A stretch of 64,000 nucleotides of DNA from an uncultured delta proteobacterium. GTDB taxonomy: Bacteria; Myxococcota_A; Polyangia; Fen-1088. Positions 21,256 to 31,124 of the stretch are shown one piece after another. Position 1 is the stretch's first letter, and every line of letters begins with the position of its first letter. Location: positions 480,001-544,000 of the forward strand of contig CAVYGB010000008.1 in the NCBI GenBank assembly GCA_963767925.1, in the 5' to 3' direction. The notes beneath the pieces were generated by a model. It was not told the DNA's origin. It saw only the letters and a list, made by a program, of their open reading frames with translations, and ran no database searches. The translations under genes were made by a program, and so were the position numbers.

Positions 21256-22617
21256 GTGACCATCGCCGCAGCGCTGCTCCTGACAGGCTGGCTGGCCGCC
21301 GAGGCTCCCGGCGAGGCCGCGGGGTCCCCCGACCCGACCGTGCCCCTCGTGCTGACCGCCGAGCGGCTGGCGCTACCCCGCCTGCGCGGCCCGCTCGAGC
21401 TGCGGGTGGACGCCCTGGGGGCGGCGATCGAGCTGCAGGCCCCGCGCGATCTCGGCGCCCTGGCGGCGGCCGTGGCCCGGGGGGCCCGCAACATCTGCCC
21501 GAGCTGGGAGGTCGGCGAGGGCCGCATCGTGCTCCGCTGTCGAACCCGGCGGCTGCGCGCCCGGGTGACCGGCGAGCGCAAGGGCGGGCAATTCCTCGAC
21601 CTGCAGGAGCTGCGAGGGCTGCCCCGGGACGAGGAGGTCGACCGGCTCGACCTGTTTTACGATCCGATCCCCGCCGGTCTCGGTGGCCCCTGCCCGGGGA
21701 CCACGCCGGGGGTCCAGGCCGAGTGCAGCTTGCGCGACGGCAAGACCGACCAGGCAGAGGCCCTGTTCCGGCAGGCGCTGGTGGGCGCTGACCAGACCAT
21801 GGCGGTGCTGCGGCTGGGGGATCTCGCGGCCGCCCGCGGCGACTTCCCGGGGGCGGCGCTCATGTGGAGTCGGGCGGGCTCGCGGGGGCCCTTCGGACGG
21901 CTGGCCGCCACCCGGGTCTGTGAGCTGAGCGGGTCCTGTCTGGGCAGCAAGGATCCCGGGCGGCTGTTCGACGCCGGCGAGGTGGCGGAGCCGATGCGGA
22001 CCGAGCTGGCCATACGCGGCGCCCGCGCCGAAGCCTTCGTGGGGAGGCTGCAGGCGGCCGTGCTCCGCCTGCGGGCGATGGTGGCGCTGGGATCGGTGAG
22101 CGGCGGCTGCGTGACGGTGGGGGCCCACATGTGCCGGCGCGTGCTGCAGGTGGCGGTGGAAGAAGGCGATCCCGAGGTCGCCCGCCTGGCCATCGAGGTC
22201 TACCTGTCGCTGCCCGACCGCGAGGAGGGCCCGGACAACGTGACCCTGGCGCGAATCGTCGCGGAGCGGGCGTTGCGGCTGGGCGCGCCCGCCTTCGCGG
22301 CCAACCTGCAGGCCTCGGTGGCCGCCGCGGTCTCCGACAAGGAGATCCCCGAGCACCTCCTGCGCACCGCCGAGCTCTATCTGCTGAGCGGAGACGGCGC
22401 CCGCGCCCAGCTCATCGCCGACTACGCCGACTCGCGCCTGACGCCCGGCCAGCTCCGCAGCCGGCGCTGGGCGCAGGTGCGGCGGACCCTCCTCGAGATG
22501 GCCCAGTCCTCGCCCAACGATCTCCGCCTCGCGCGCGAGCTGATCGAGGGCGAGGCGGCGCGCGACCTGGCCGACGCCATGATCTCGCTCTCGCGCGCCC
22601 GGACGCGGCAGCCATGA
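21256..22617 (+). CDS. Unknown secreted, Cys-containing, helical (TPR-like) protein preceding flgB
   Basis: Signal-like N-terminus, GC3-biased frame and TPR-like segments (AEALFRQAL, LRLGDLAAARGDFPGAALMW). No family recognised. Confidence 0.65.
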   Translation: MTIAAALLLTGWLAAEAPGEAAGSPDPTVPLVLTAERLALPRLRGPLELRVDALGAAIELQAPRDLGALAAAVARGARNICPSWEVGEGRIVLRCRTRRLRARVTGERKGGQFLDLQELRGLPRDEEVDRLDLFYDPIPAGLGGPCPGTTPGVQAECSLRDGKTDQAEALFRQALVGADQTMAVLRLGDLAAARGDFPGAALMWSRAGSRGPFGRLAATRVCELSGSCLGSKDPGRLFDAGEVAEPMRTELAIRGARAEAFVGRLQAAVLRLRAMVALGSVSGGCVTVGAHMCRRVLQVAVEEGDPEVARLAIEVYLSLPDREEGPDNVTLARIVAERALRLGAPAFAANLQASVAAAVSDKEIPEHLLRTAELYLLSGDGARAQLIADYADSRLTPGQLRSRRWAQVRRTLLEMAQSSPNDLRLARELIEGEAARDLADAMISLSRARTRQP

Positions 22618-22653
22618 ACCTGACTCGGAGGGCGCTCCCGACGTCCTCCGGGC

Positions 22654-22669
22654 TGGCATGACGTTGGCA
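22654..22669 (+). promoter_or_regulatory. sigma54 -24/-12 promoter of the flgB operon
   Basis: TGGCATGACGTTGGCA: GG(22655-56)-N10-GC(22667-68). Confidence 0.7.
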
Positions 22670-22683
22670 ATGGGTTCCCGGCC

Positions 22684-23013
22684 ATGAGGATCTTCGACGC
22701 TACTTTGACTATTCTCGAGCGGTCCCTCGACGTACGCCTCGCGCGCCACAGCGCGCTCTCCGGGAATCTCGCCAATATCGACACGCCCGGGTACGTGCCC
22801 AAAGACATCGATGTGACGGACGCGATGGTGAGCGGCGAACCCGCCGCCCTCGCGGTGAGCGCGGCGATGATCACCGGGGAGCGGGACAGCGTCGATCTCG
22901 ATCGCACGATGGCCACCCTCGCCGAAAACGGCATGCAATACGGGGCCGGCGCGCGGGCGGCTGGCAAGAAGCTGGCGATCCTGCGCTACGTGGCCACCGA
23001 CGGCAACGGCTAG
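22684..23013 (+). CDS. flgB: Flagellar basal-body rod protein FlgB
   Basis: LSGNLANIDTPGYVPKD and SVDLDRTMATLAENGMQY. Confidence 0.92.
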   Translation: MRIFDATLTILERSLDVRLARHSALSGNLANIDTPGYVPKDIDVTDAMVSGEPAALAVSAAMITGERDSVDLDRTMATLAENGMQYGAGARAAGKKLAILRYVATDGNG

Positions 23014-23028
23014 TCAGGGAGGTGACAC

Positions 23029-23439
23029 ATGGACTTTTTCACGGCTTTGCGAATCAGTGGCTCGGGGCTGTCCGCGGAACGCACGCGGGTCAACATCGCG
23101 GCTTCGAACCTGGCCAACGCGGAGACGACCCGGACCGCGCAGGGTGGGCCCTACCGCCGCCTGGATCCGGTGTTCAGCCCGGTGCAGGTGACCGACATGC
23201 CCGAGGGGCCCGAGGCGGTGCAGGTGACCCGCATCGTGAGCGACGACTCGCCCGGCCGGCGGGTCTATAGCCCCGGGCACCCCGACGCCGACGACGACGG
23301 CTACCTCAGCTTGCCCAACGTCAACCCGATCCACGAGGTGGTCAACCTCCTGTCGGCCTCGCGCGGCTACGAGGCCAACTCCACCGCGGTGGAGACCCTC
23401 AAGCAGATGGCCGGCCGGGCCCTGGACATCCTGCGCTGA
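23029..23439 (+). CDS. flgC: Flagellar basal-body rod protein FlgC
   Basis: ISGSGLSAERTRVNIAASNLANAETT..GGPYRR, PGHPDAD, PNVN and ASRGYEAN. Confidence 0.96.
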   Translation: MDFFTALRISGSGLSAERTRVNIAASNLANAETTRTAQGGPYRRLDPVFSPVQVTDMPEGPEAVQVTRIVSDDSPGRRVYSPGHPDADDDGYLSLPNVNPIHEVVNLLSASRGYEANSTAVETLKQMAGRALDILR

Positions 23440-23451
23440 GGGAGGTGACCC

Positions 23452-23865
23452 ATGGCCAGTGAAACCGAGCTCCGGCTGATCAGCCCGATCGAGTCCGTCG
23501 GTCCGCAGCGGCTGCTGCAGCCCAAGATCTCTCCCCTCGCCGAGGGGTTCTCCAGCGAGCTGGGCCACGCCATCCAGGGGCTGGAGAGCCGGCGCCCGGA
23601 TCCCGCGGTGGCCCCGGTCGAGGCCATGCCCGGGGTGGGCGAGGTCGGCGAGGGCTTCGGCGGGCAGATCAAGCAGGCCGTCCGGGCCCTCGACGACCTG
23701 CAGCTCGCCGCCGACCGCCAGGCCGACGCCGTGGCCCTCGGCTCGGGCAACCTGCACGAGACCGCCATCGCCTTCGAGAAGGCCGACGTCGCCATCCGTC
23801 TGGCCAGCCGCATCCGCAACAAGATCGTCGAGGCTTACAACGAGATCATGCGGATGAGCGTGTAG
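23452..23865 (+). CDS. fliE: Flagellar hook-basal body protein FliE
   Basis: NLHETAIAFEKADVA..IRNKIVEAYNEIMRMSV. Confidence 0.93.
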   Translation: MASETELRLISPIESVGPQRLLQPKISPLAEGFSSELGHAIQGLESRRPDPAVAPVEAMPGVGEVGEGFGGQIKQAVRALDDLQLAADRQADAVALGSGNLHETAIAFEKADVAIRLASRIRNKIVEAYNEIMRMSV

Positions 23866-23869
23866 AGGT

Positions 23870-25435
23870 ATGGAACCTCTCTTCAAACAGCTTCGCGAGC
23901 TGCCGGCGCGCTTCGCGGCCCTCGCCGCCGGCACCCGCTACCTGCTCGCCGGCGGCGCGGCGCTGGTGGTGCTGGCGGTGGCCGTCTGGATCACCCTCCG
24001 GGGTGACGGCAGCTACGAATACGCCTTCAGCAACCTCACGCCCGAAGACAGCAGCGAGGCCTCGGCGGTGCTCAAGGGGGCGGGGATCCCCTTCCGGGCC
24101 GAGGCGGGCGGCACCGCCCTGGCGGTGCCGGCCGGGCGGGTGCACGAGGTGCGGCTGATGCTGGCCGCCTCCGGCCTGCCCCGCGGCGGAGGGGTCGGCT
24201 TCGAGATCTTCGACCGCGGCGATCTCGGCGTCTCCGAGTTCACCCAGAAGGTGAACCTGCGGCGGGCCATCGAGGGGGAGCTGGCCCGCACCATCTCCCG
24301 GTTGGGTCCGGTGCGCTCGGCGCGGGTGCACATCAACCTCCCGGAAAAAGGCGTCTACAAGAACGAGGACCGCAAGGCCACCGCGGCGGTGGTGCTGAAC
24401 CTGCAGCCGGGCCGGGTGGTCGAGGAGCGTGAGCTGGCCGGCATCCGCCACCTGGTCTCGGCGGCGGTGGCGGGGCTGTCGCCCGACGCGGTGGCGGTGA
24501 TGGACGGGCGGGGGACCGTGCTGGCCGGGGAGCGCGCGGAGGGGGAGAAGCAGAGCTCGGTCCAGCGCGACATGGAGGCCTCGCTCGAGGAGCGCCTGCG
24601 CGACTTGCTGGAGCCGGTGGTGGGCCGGGGCGGGGTGGTGGCCAAGGTGACGGCCACCCTCGACTCCCGTGAGGTCTCGACCACCGCCGATGCCTACGAC
24701 CCGGAGAGCGCGGTGGTGCGCAACGAGCGCAAGACCACCGAGCTGACGACGGCCGACAGCGACTCCCGCCCGGGAGTGGCGGGGGCGGCTTCCGTCGATC
24801 CGCCGGAGGCGGTGGGCGGCCCGGTGGGCAAGCGCCACCAGAGCAGCCGCGAGGACACCCAGAAGAGCTACGACATCAGCAAGACGACAACCCAGACGGT
24901 GTCGCGCACGCCCCGGCTGGTGCGGCTGTCGGCCGCCCTGCTGATCTCGAGCGTGGAGGGCAAGCCCCGGCCCGAGGCCGAGCTCAAGCGCCTCTCCGAC
25001 CTGGCCAAACACGCCATCGGCTTCGACGCCGAGCGGGGCGATCAGCTCGAGATCTCGAGCGCCCCCTTCGTGCAGGACCCCGAGACGGCGGGGGTGACGG
25101 CGCCCATCTGGCAGCGGCCGGAGCTGGTGCGCTACGGGACGGGAGGGCTGATCGCCCTGCTGGCCCTGGCCGCCTTCTTCATCTTCGTGATGCGGGGCCG
25201 CCGCCGGTTCAGCTCGGCCGAGCTGGCGATGATCAAGCCCGGGTCCAAGGTGGCCCAGATCGAGGCGGAGATGCGGCGAACCGAGACCGCGGCGGTCGAG
25301 GGCGCGGCGGCGAACAAGGCGCTCGCCAGCCAGACCCGGGCCCGCCAGCTCGTGGAGGCCGATCCAGCGCGGGCGGCCCACCTGCTGCGGGCCTGGATCG
25401 CCACCGACAGCGAGGCAGGAGAGCGCGGTGGCTGA
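23870..25435 (+). CDS. fliF: Flagellar M-ring protein FliF
   Basis: Two TMs, GFEIFD..GVSEFTQKVN..RAIEGELARTI, ARVHI and AIGFDAERGD. Confidence 0.95.
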   Translation: MEPLFKQLRELPARFAALAAGTRYLLAGGAALVVLAVAVWITLRGDGSYEYAFSNLTPEDSSEASAVLKGAGIPFRAEAGGTALAVPAGRVHEVRLMLAASGLPRGGGVGFEIFDRGDLGVSEFTQKVNLRRAIEGELARTISRLGPVRSARVHINLPEKGVYKNEDRKATAAVVLNLQPGRVVEERELAGIRHLVSAAVAGLSPDAVAVMDGRGTVLAGERAEGEKQSSVQRDMEASLEERLRDLLEPVVGRGGVVAKVTATLDSREVSTTADAYDPESAVVRNERKTTELTTADSDSRPGVAGAASVDPPEAVGGPVGKRHQSSREDTQKSYDISKTTTQTVSRTPRLVRLSAALLISSVEGKPRPEAELKRLSDLAKHAIGFDAERGDQLEISSAPFVQDPETAGVTAPIWQRPELVRYGTGGLIALLALAAFFIFVMRGRRRFSSAELAMIKPGSKVAQIEAEMRRTETAAVEGAAANKALASQTRARQLVEADPARAAHLLRAWIATDSEAGERGG

Positions 25436-26456
25436 TTCTCGATCGGATGGACGGGGCGGCGATCCCGTCGGGCTGGGCGCCCGGCGGGCGGCGGCGGTGC
25501 TGGTGGGGCTGGGCCGGGACACAGCCGGCCAGGTGTTCCGCCAGCTCGACGAGGCGACGATTCGCCAGCTCGCCCTCGGGGCGCGCGAGCTGCGGCGCAA
25601 TCCCAACCTGGTGGCCGAGGCGCTCGACACCTTCGTCCAGGCGATGGAGAGCCTGGTCGGAGACGCCGCCGCCAGCGACGGCCTCCTGCGCGAGTTCGCC
25701 ACCCGGGCGCTGGGCCCCGAGGCGGCCCGGCGGGCCTTCGACGGGGTGGCTGCCCCCCCGCCTGTCGATGAGGTGCTGGGCCCGGTGGCCCAGGCCGACG
25801 CCGAGGCCCTGGCCATGATCCTCGGGCGCGAGCAGCCGCAGACGGTGGCCCTGGTGCTGGGGTCGCTCGAGCAGCAGCGGGCGGCCGCCGTGCTCAAGCT
25901 CTTGCCCGAGCGGTCCAAGCCGCAGGTGCTGCGCCGGCTGGCCACCCTCGAGTCGGTGGCGCCCGAGGTGCTGCGCGAGGTGGGTCAGGCCCTCTCGTCG
26001 GAGCTGCGGGCGGCCCACGGCGGCGGCACCCGCCGGGTGGACGGCAAGGCGGCCGCGGTGTCGCTGCTGCGGCGCTGTCCCGCGGTGCAGCAGACCGAGG
26101 TGGTGGGCGAGATCGAGAAGGACGATCCCGAGCTGGCCACCGAGCTGCGCACGAAGCTCTTCACCTTCGAGGATCTCGTCAACCTCACGGACCGGGACAT
26201 CCAGACCTTCCTCCGGGAGATCGACAGCGCCCGGCTCACCGTGGCCCTCAAGGGGGCCAGCCCGTCGGTCACCGCCAAGGTGTTCAAGAACATGTCGAGC
26301 CGGGCGGCCGAGATGCTCAAGGACGAGATCGCGGCCATGGGGCCGGTGCGGGTTGCGGCGGTGGAAGAGGCCCAGAACGAGCTCGTCAAGACGGCGTTCG
26401 CCCTGGCGGAGCAGGCCCGCATCACGCTGGTCGGCCCCGCGGACAAGATGGTCTAG
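25428..26456 (+). CDS. fliG: Flagellar motor switch protein FliG
   Basis: EQPQTVALVL (EHPQ-like), LFTFEDL, NMSSRAA and MGPVR..VEEAQ. Confidence 0.94.
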   Translation: MADSRSDGRGGDPVGLGARRAAAVLVGLGRDTAGQVFRQLDEATIRQLALGARELRRNPNLVAEALDTFVQAMESLVGDAAASDGLLREFATRALGPEAARRAFDGVAAPPPVDEVLGPVAQADAEALAMILGREQPQTVALVLGSLEQQRAAAVLKLLPERSKPQVLRRLATLESVAPEVLREVGQALSSELRAAHGGGTRRVDGKAAAVSLLRRCPAVQQTEVVGEIEKDDPELATELRTKLFTFEDLVNLTDRDIQTFLREIDSARLTVALKGASPSVTAKVFKNMSSRAAEMLKDEIAAMGPVRVAAVEEAQNELVKTAFALAEQARITLVGPADKMV

Positions 26457-27161
26457 ATGGCGGCGCCCCCCTTCAAGCCCCGGCGTCCCAGCTTCATGGG
26501 TCAGGCCGATCCGGCCGTGCCCCAGATCCGGCGCGCCTTCATGCCCGCAGAGTCGGACCAGGTCGGCGAGCCCCTGCCGGTGGTCTCGGCCGAGGTGGTG
26601 TCCAGTGTGCCGGTGCTGGGGTCCGGCCACCCGTCGATGGCCCTGCCGGCGCCGCCGTCCCCGCCCCCGCTGTTGCCCCCGCCGACGGGGCCGGGGTCGG
26701 CGCCCGCGGACGCGGCCGCTCACGCCGACGCGCAACGCCTGGAGCACGCCCTCGATCGCCTGCAGATGCTGGGCGATCGGCTGGCGGCCGAGGCCCGGGC
26801 CGACGCGGTCGAGGTGGCGCTGCTGGTGGCGCGCAAGATCGTGGAGGGGGAGCTGGAGGTCAACGTCGACCGCTTCCTGGCCATGGTGCGCTCGGCGGTG
26901 CGCCGGCTGGGTGAATCCCGGCGGGTCGTCATCCGCCTGGCCCCCGCCGACGCCGAGGTCGTCGAGTCGATGCGCCAGCGCAACGGCGGCGAGCTGGCCG
27001 GCTTCAGCTCGATCCAGATGGAGATCACGGCCGACCCAACCCTCAAGCGCGGCGACGTCGTCGTGGAAGGCGATCTGGTGGCCATCGACGGACGACTCGA
27101 CACGCGGATGGCAGAGATGCGGCGGGCCCTGGCCGAGCAGGCCATGGAGGAGACGACGTGA
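26457..27161 (+). CDS. fliH: Flagellar export protein FliH
   Basis: Lies between fliG and fliI; VARKIV..VVIRLAPAD..DPTLKRGDVVVE..IDGRL. Confidence 0.85.
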   Translation: MAAPPFKPRRPSFMGQADPAVPQIRRAFMPAESDQVGEPLPVVSAEVVSSVPVLGSGHPSMALPAPPSPPPLLPPPTGPGSAPADAAAHADAQRLEHALDRLQMLGDRLAAEARADAVEVALLVARKIVEGELEVNVDRFLAMVRSAVRRLGESRRVVIRLAPADAEVVESMRQRNGGELAGFSSIQMEITADPTLKRGDVVVEGDLVAIDGRLDTRMAEMRRALAEQAMEETT

Positions 27162-28599
27162 GCCTACTGGACGTGAGCCGCATCGAGCGGGCCCTGGTCG
27201 ACCTCGATCCGGTGGCGGTCTCCGGCCGGGTCACCCGGGTCTCGGGGATCGTCGTCGAGGCGGCCCTGCCCCAGGTGGCGGTGGGCACCTCCTGCGAGAT
27301 TCATGCGGTGGGGGGCAAGATGATCGCCTCGGAGGTGGTGGGATTCGTCGGGGCCCACGCCCTGCTGATGCCCTTCGGCGAGGTCAAGGGCATCGGCGAG
27401 GGCTGCGCGGTCCGACCCCGCACCAGCGCCGGGGAGATCCTGGTGGGCCAGGCCCTGCTGGGGCGGGTGGTCAACGCGGCGATGGTCCCGCTCGACGGGC
27501 TGGCGCCGCTGCACCTTGCGCTCGCGGGTGCCCCTGCACGCCGCGCCTCGCCGCGGCCATGGGCCGGCGGCGGATCGCCGCCCCGCTCGAGCTGGGGATC
27601 CGGGCCCTCGACGCCTTCCTCACGGCGGGCGAGGGGCAACGGCTGGGGATCATGGCCGGCCCGGGGGTGGGCAAGAGCGTGCTGCTGGGGATGTTGGCCC
27701 GCAACGCCGCCGCCGACGTCATCGTGGTGGGGCTGGTGGGCGAACGGGGCCGCGAGGTGCGCGAGTTCGTCGAGCGGGACCTGGGCCCCGAGGGCCTCCG
27801 CCGCTCGGTTGTGGTTGTCGCCACCGGCGACGAGTCGCCGCTGGTGCGGGTGCGGGCGGCGATGGCCGCCACGGCGGTGGCGGAGTTCTTCCGCGAGCGG
27901 GGCAAGAAGGTGCTCCTGCTGGTGGACTCGCTGTCCCGGGTGGCGATGGCCCAGCGGGAGATCGGGCTCGCGGCGGGCGAGCCGCCCACCTCGCGCGGGT
28001 ACCCGCCCTCGGTCTTCGCCCTGCTGCCCCGCCTGATCGAGCGGGCGGGCAACGACGCGGGACCGGGGAGCATCACGGCCCTCTACACGGTGCTGGCGGA
28101 GGGCGACGATCTCAACGAGCCGGTCTCCGACGCGGCCCGCGCCGCCCTCGACGGTCACGTCGTGCTGTCGCGCAAGCTGGCCAACGCGGGCCACTTCCCC
28201 GCCATCGACGTGCTAGCCAGCATCAGCCGGGTGATGACCGACGTGGTGACCGCCGGTCACAAGGAGCTGGCCCTCAGCGCCCGCGAGCTGCTGGCGGCTT
28301 ACCGCGAGTCGGCCGACCTGATCGAGGTGGGGGCCTACGCGGCGGGGAGCAATCCCCGGGTCGATCGGGCCATCCGCTGCCGGGATACCCTGAGCGCCTT
28401 CCTCCGCCAGCGCGGCGACGAGCGGCCGGCGCTGAGCCAGACGCTGAGCGAGCTCAAGCGGGCCCTGGCCCCCGCCGGCGGCCCGGCGCCGGGCGCGCCC
28501 GGCGTCGCGGGGATGCCGGGATTCCCGGGCGCGCCGGGAGCCACGGGAGCGTCCGGAGTCCCGGGCGCGCTGGGAGGAGGCAAGCCAGACCATGTTTGA
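27158..28599 (+). CDS. fliI: Flagellar export ATPase FliI, with apparent frameshifts near 27516 and 27548
   Basis: N-terminus SGRVTRVSG..LLGRVVN. After the frame changes come GEGQRLGIMAGPGVGKS, GERGREVREF, DSLSRVAMAQREIGL, GYPPSVF and LDGHVVLSR. Confidence 0.92.
28492..28581 (+). repeat. 9-bp periodic repeat encoding 10 Gly-X-Y triplets at the FliI C-terminus
   Basis: GAP GVA GMP GFP GAP GAT GAS GVP GAL GGG. Confidence 0.8.
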
Positions 28600-29356
28600 G
28601 ATCTTGATACCGCTCTGCCTGCTGCTCACCTCGGAGGGGCCTCCCCCGGCCCAGCCGGCCCACGGAGAGGCGAAGGGCGAGGCCGCCAAGAAGGAGGCCG
28701 CGCCACCCCGCAAGGCCCCCGAGCCGCCGCCGGCGGGCAAGAGCGACAAGGCCGAGGGCCGCGCGGCGGCGCACGCGCCCGGGCGCCCGGGCGACAAGCC
28801 CGCCACCGAGAAGCCACCGGGCGAAAGGCCGGTCCCGCCGACCTTGACCGGGACCGCCTTCCGGCAGGAGCTGTCCCAGGGCAAGCGGGTGGGCGACCTG
28901 GAGCACCCGCCCTCCGAGCGGGAGCGGATGCAGAACCTGGCCGCCGACCTGGCCCGGACCCGCGAGGCCCTCCGGGCCGAGACCGCCCGGCTGGAGGCCT
29001 TGATTCGACAGGCGCCCGCGGAGGCTGGCCGGCCGGTGGGATCACCCGCGACCGGCGCCGCCCCGCCGGCCCCCCTGGGGTTGGGTCCGCCGGGTGGTCG
29101 TCCGGTCGACCCCAGCCAGGTCGAGCTCGTCGCCAAAACCTTCCGGGGGATGAAGCCCGAGCAGGCGGCGGCCCTCATCGGCCACCTCGATCGGGCACTG
29201 GCCGCCGAGGTGCTGGCCCGCATGCGCCCGCCCGACGCCGGGGCGATCCTCGGCCTGCTCCGGCCCGAGCTCGGCGCCGCCTTGACCACCGAGATGGCCA
29301 ACCGGCCGGCAGCGGCTGGCGGCGGCAAGAAGAAGGCCGAGAAGGGGACACCATGA
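28592..29356 (+). CDS. MotE/FlbB-like protein (MgtE N-terminal-like domain)
   Basis: Signal or TM start, a coiled coil, and C-terminal VAKTFRGMKPEQAAALI..VLARMRPPDAGAIL. Confidence 0.78.
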   Translation: MFEILIPLCLLLTSEGPPPAQPAHGEAKGEAAKKEAAPPRKAPEPPPAGKSDKAEGRAAAHAPGRPGDKPATEKPPGERPVPPTLTGTAFRQELSQGKRVGDLEHPPSERERMQNLAADLARTREALRAETARLEALIRQAPAEAGRPVGSPATGAAPPAPLGLGPPGGRPVDPSQVELVAKTFRGMKPEQAAALIGHLDRALAAEVLARMRPPDAGAILGLLRPELGAALTTEMANRPAAAGGGKKKAEKGTP

Positions 29357-30423
29357 ATCCAGCACGTGGTCCGGGACCTGCCGGAGCTTCGCGGGCGTCT
29401 CACGGCGAGGGCGTGGGCGGCGGGCGGGGGTCCAAGGGCGCGCGGGGTCCCAAGGCTCCCGACTTCGCCAAGATGCTGAACGAGCCCGCGCAGGCCAGGG
29501 CCGGCGAGGACGCTCCGGACGAGCCCGAGGTGTCGGAGATGAGCGCGGGCGAAGACGGGATGGCCGCCACCGGGGTCCAGCGGGGCAACGCGCAGGGCCG
29601 GGACGAAGAGACCGATCAGGACGAGACCACCGAGGCCGAGCTCGGTGGCGAGGGGTCGCCCGATCGCTACTTCGGGCCCCAGGTGCCCGAACTGCCCGAG
29701 AAGCCCGAGGACGGTGAGAAGGGCGACAAGGGGGAGGGCGGTCCGGGCCGAGGGGGGCCGGGGAACCGGTCCGAGCAGCCACGGTTCGGGCTGCCTGCGC
29801 GGTCGGAGCCGGCCGGCCAGGCCGCGCCGCCCGGGTTCTCGGTGACCAGAGGGTCCGCGGGCGCAACGAGCAACGAGGCGCCCGGCCGGTCGTCGCCGCC
29901 AGCGAAGGGTCCCCGCGCCGCCGAGCCCGGGGCGGAGTCGTCCGCGCTGCTCGAGCTGTCGGGCTTCCGCGGCCTGAGCGGGCCCCCGCTCGAGACCGCG
30001 GCCAACGCTCCGCCGCCGCCGCTGCCACCGGCGGGCGCGTTCCTGCTGGAGCAGGCCGTGCGGGACGAGGGCTTGATGGTGGCGGTGCTGCCCCGGGCGG
30101 CCCACATCTCCATCCAGACCGACGATGGCCGGGCCCTCGAGCTGCATCTGCGGCTGTCGCCCGAGGGGGCCCATATCCGGGCCTCGGGCGCGCTGGCGCC
30201 GATGATCGGCGCCCAGCTCCCGGCCCTGGGGCTCGAGCTGGCCGCGCAGGGCTTGACCCTCAGCGGCTTCGAGCTGGGCGGTGGCGAGCGCCGCTCCGGT
30301 CTCGACCCCGAGCCGGCCGATGAAGACGCGGGCACGTCCCGTTCGGTCCGCCCGCTGGCGGCCGCGGCTGCCGAGCCCGCTCCGGCGGCACCGTTGCCGG
30401 GGCGCATTCACCTCAAGCTCTGA
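29353..30423 (+). CDS. fliK: Probable hook-length control protein FliK
   Basis: Low-complexity N-terminus, C-terminal [27 protein letters not shown], and position directly before flgD. Confidence 0.68.
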   Translation: MNPARGPGPAGASRASHGEGVGGGRGSKGARGPKAPDFAKMLNEPAQARAGEDAPDEPEVSEMSAGEDGMAATGVQRGNAQGRDEETDQDETTEAELGGEGSPDRYFGPQVPELPEKPEDGEKGDKGEGGPGRGGPGNRSEQPRFGLPARSEPAGQAAPPGFSVTRGSAGATSNEAPGRSSPPAKGPRAAEPGAESSALLELSGFRGLSGPPLETAANAPPPPLPPAGAFLLEQAVRDEGLMVAVLPRAAHISIQTDDGRALELHLRLSPEGAHIRASGALAPMIGAQLPALGLELAAQGLTLSGFELGGGERRSGLDPEPADEDAGTSRSVRPLAAAAAEPAPAAPLPGRIHLKL

Positions 30424-30434
30424 AAGGAGAGGCG

Positions 30435-31124
30435 ATGAATTCAGCGAACAACACGGGGCGGGTCGAGGGCCAGACCATCGGCCGGGGCAACGAGATCCCC
30501 ACCGCCGGCTCGAACACGCTCGGCAAGGACGAGTTCCTCCGCCTGCTGATGACCCAGCTCTCGCAGCAGAATCCCACCTCGCCGGCGAGCAGCGAGGCCT
30601 TCGTGGCCCAGCTCGCGCAGTTCGCCAGCCTCGAGCTGGCCCAGAGCACGAACGCCCGCCTGGAGAGCCTGCTGCTGGCCCAGGCGGCGGCCAACCAGAC
30701 GGCGTTGACCGGCTTCGTGGGCAAAGACGTCACCTTCCGCACCGACGGGCTGACGCTGGAAGCGGGGCTGCCGGCCAGCTCCGCCGCCCACCTCGACGGG
30801 CCGGCCAAGAGCGTGACCGCGGTGATAAGCGACGCCCAGGGCAAGACCATCCGAACCCTGCAGCTCGGCCCCCAGGCGGCCGGCGTGCTGGCCATCGGCT
30901 GGGACGGGCGCGACGACCGGGGCAACACGATGCCCCCGGGGTCGTATCGCCTGCGGGTGACCGCCGTCGATGCGGCGGACAAGAGTGTGGGCGTGGAGCA
31001 ACGGGGGACCGGGCACGTGACAGGCGTGGCCTTCGAGAACGGCACCGCTCAGTTGAAGGTCGGTGATCTGACCGTGAAGGTCGCGGACGTTCTGGAAATC
31101 AAGGAAAGGACAACAGCACCATGA
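30435..31124 (+). CDS. flgD: Flagellar hook-capping protein FlgD
   Basis: [34 protein letters not shown] and WDGRDDRG (FlgD Ig domain). Confidence 0.95.
   Translation: MNSANNTGRVEGQTIGRGNEIPTAGSNTLGKDEFLRLLMTQLSQQNPTSPASSEAFVAQLAQFASLELAQSTNARLESLLLAQAAANQTALTGFVGKDVTFRTDGLTLEAGLPASSAAHLDGPAKSVTAVISDAQGKTIRTLQLGPQAAGVLAIGWDGRDDRGNTMPPGSYRLRVTAVDAADKSVGVEQRGTGHVTGVAFENGTAQLKVGDLTVKVADVLEIKERTTAP

Noticed and set aside
23870..28599. Non-flagellar type III secretion (injectisome) interpretation
   Set aside because: Rod, hook, hook-cap and stator genes are in the same operon, so the system is flagellar.
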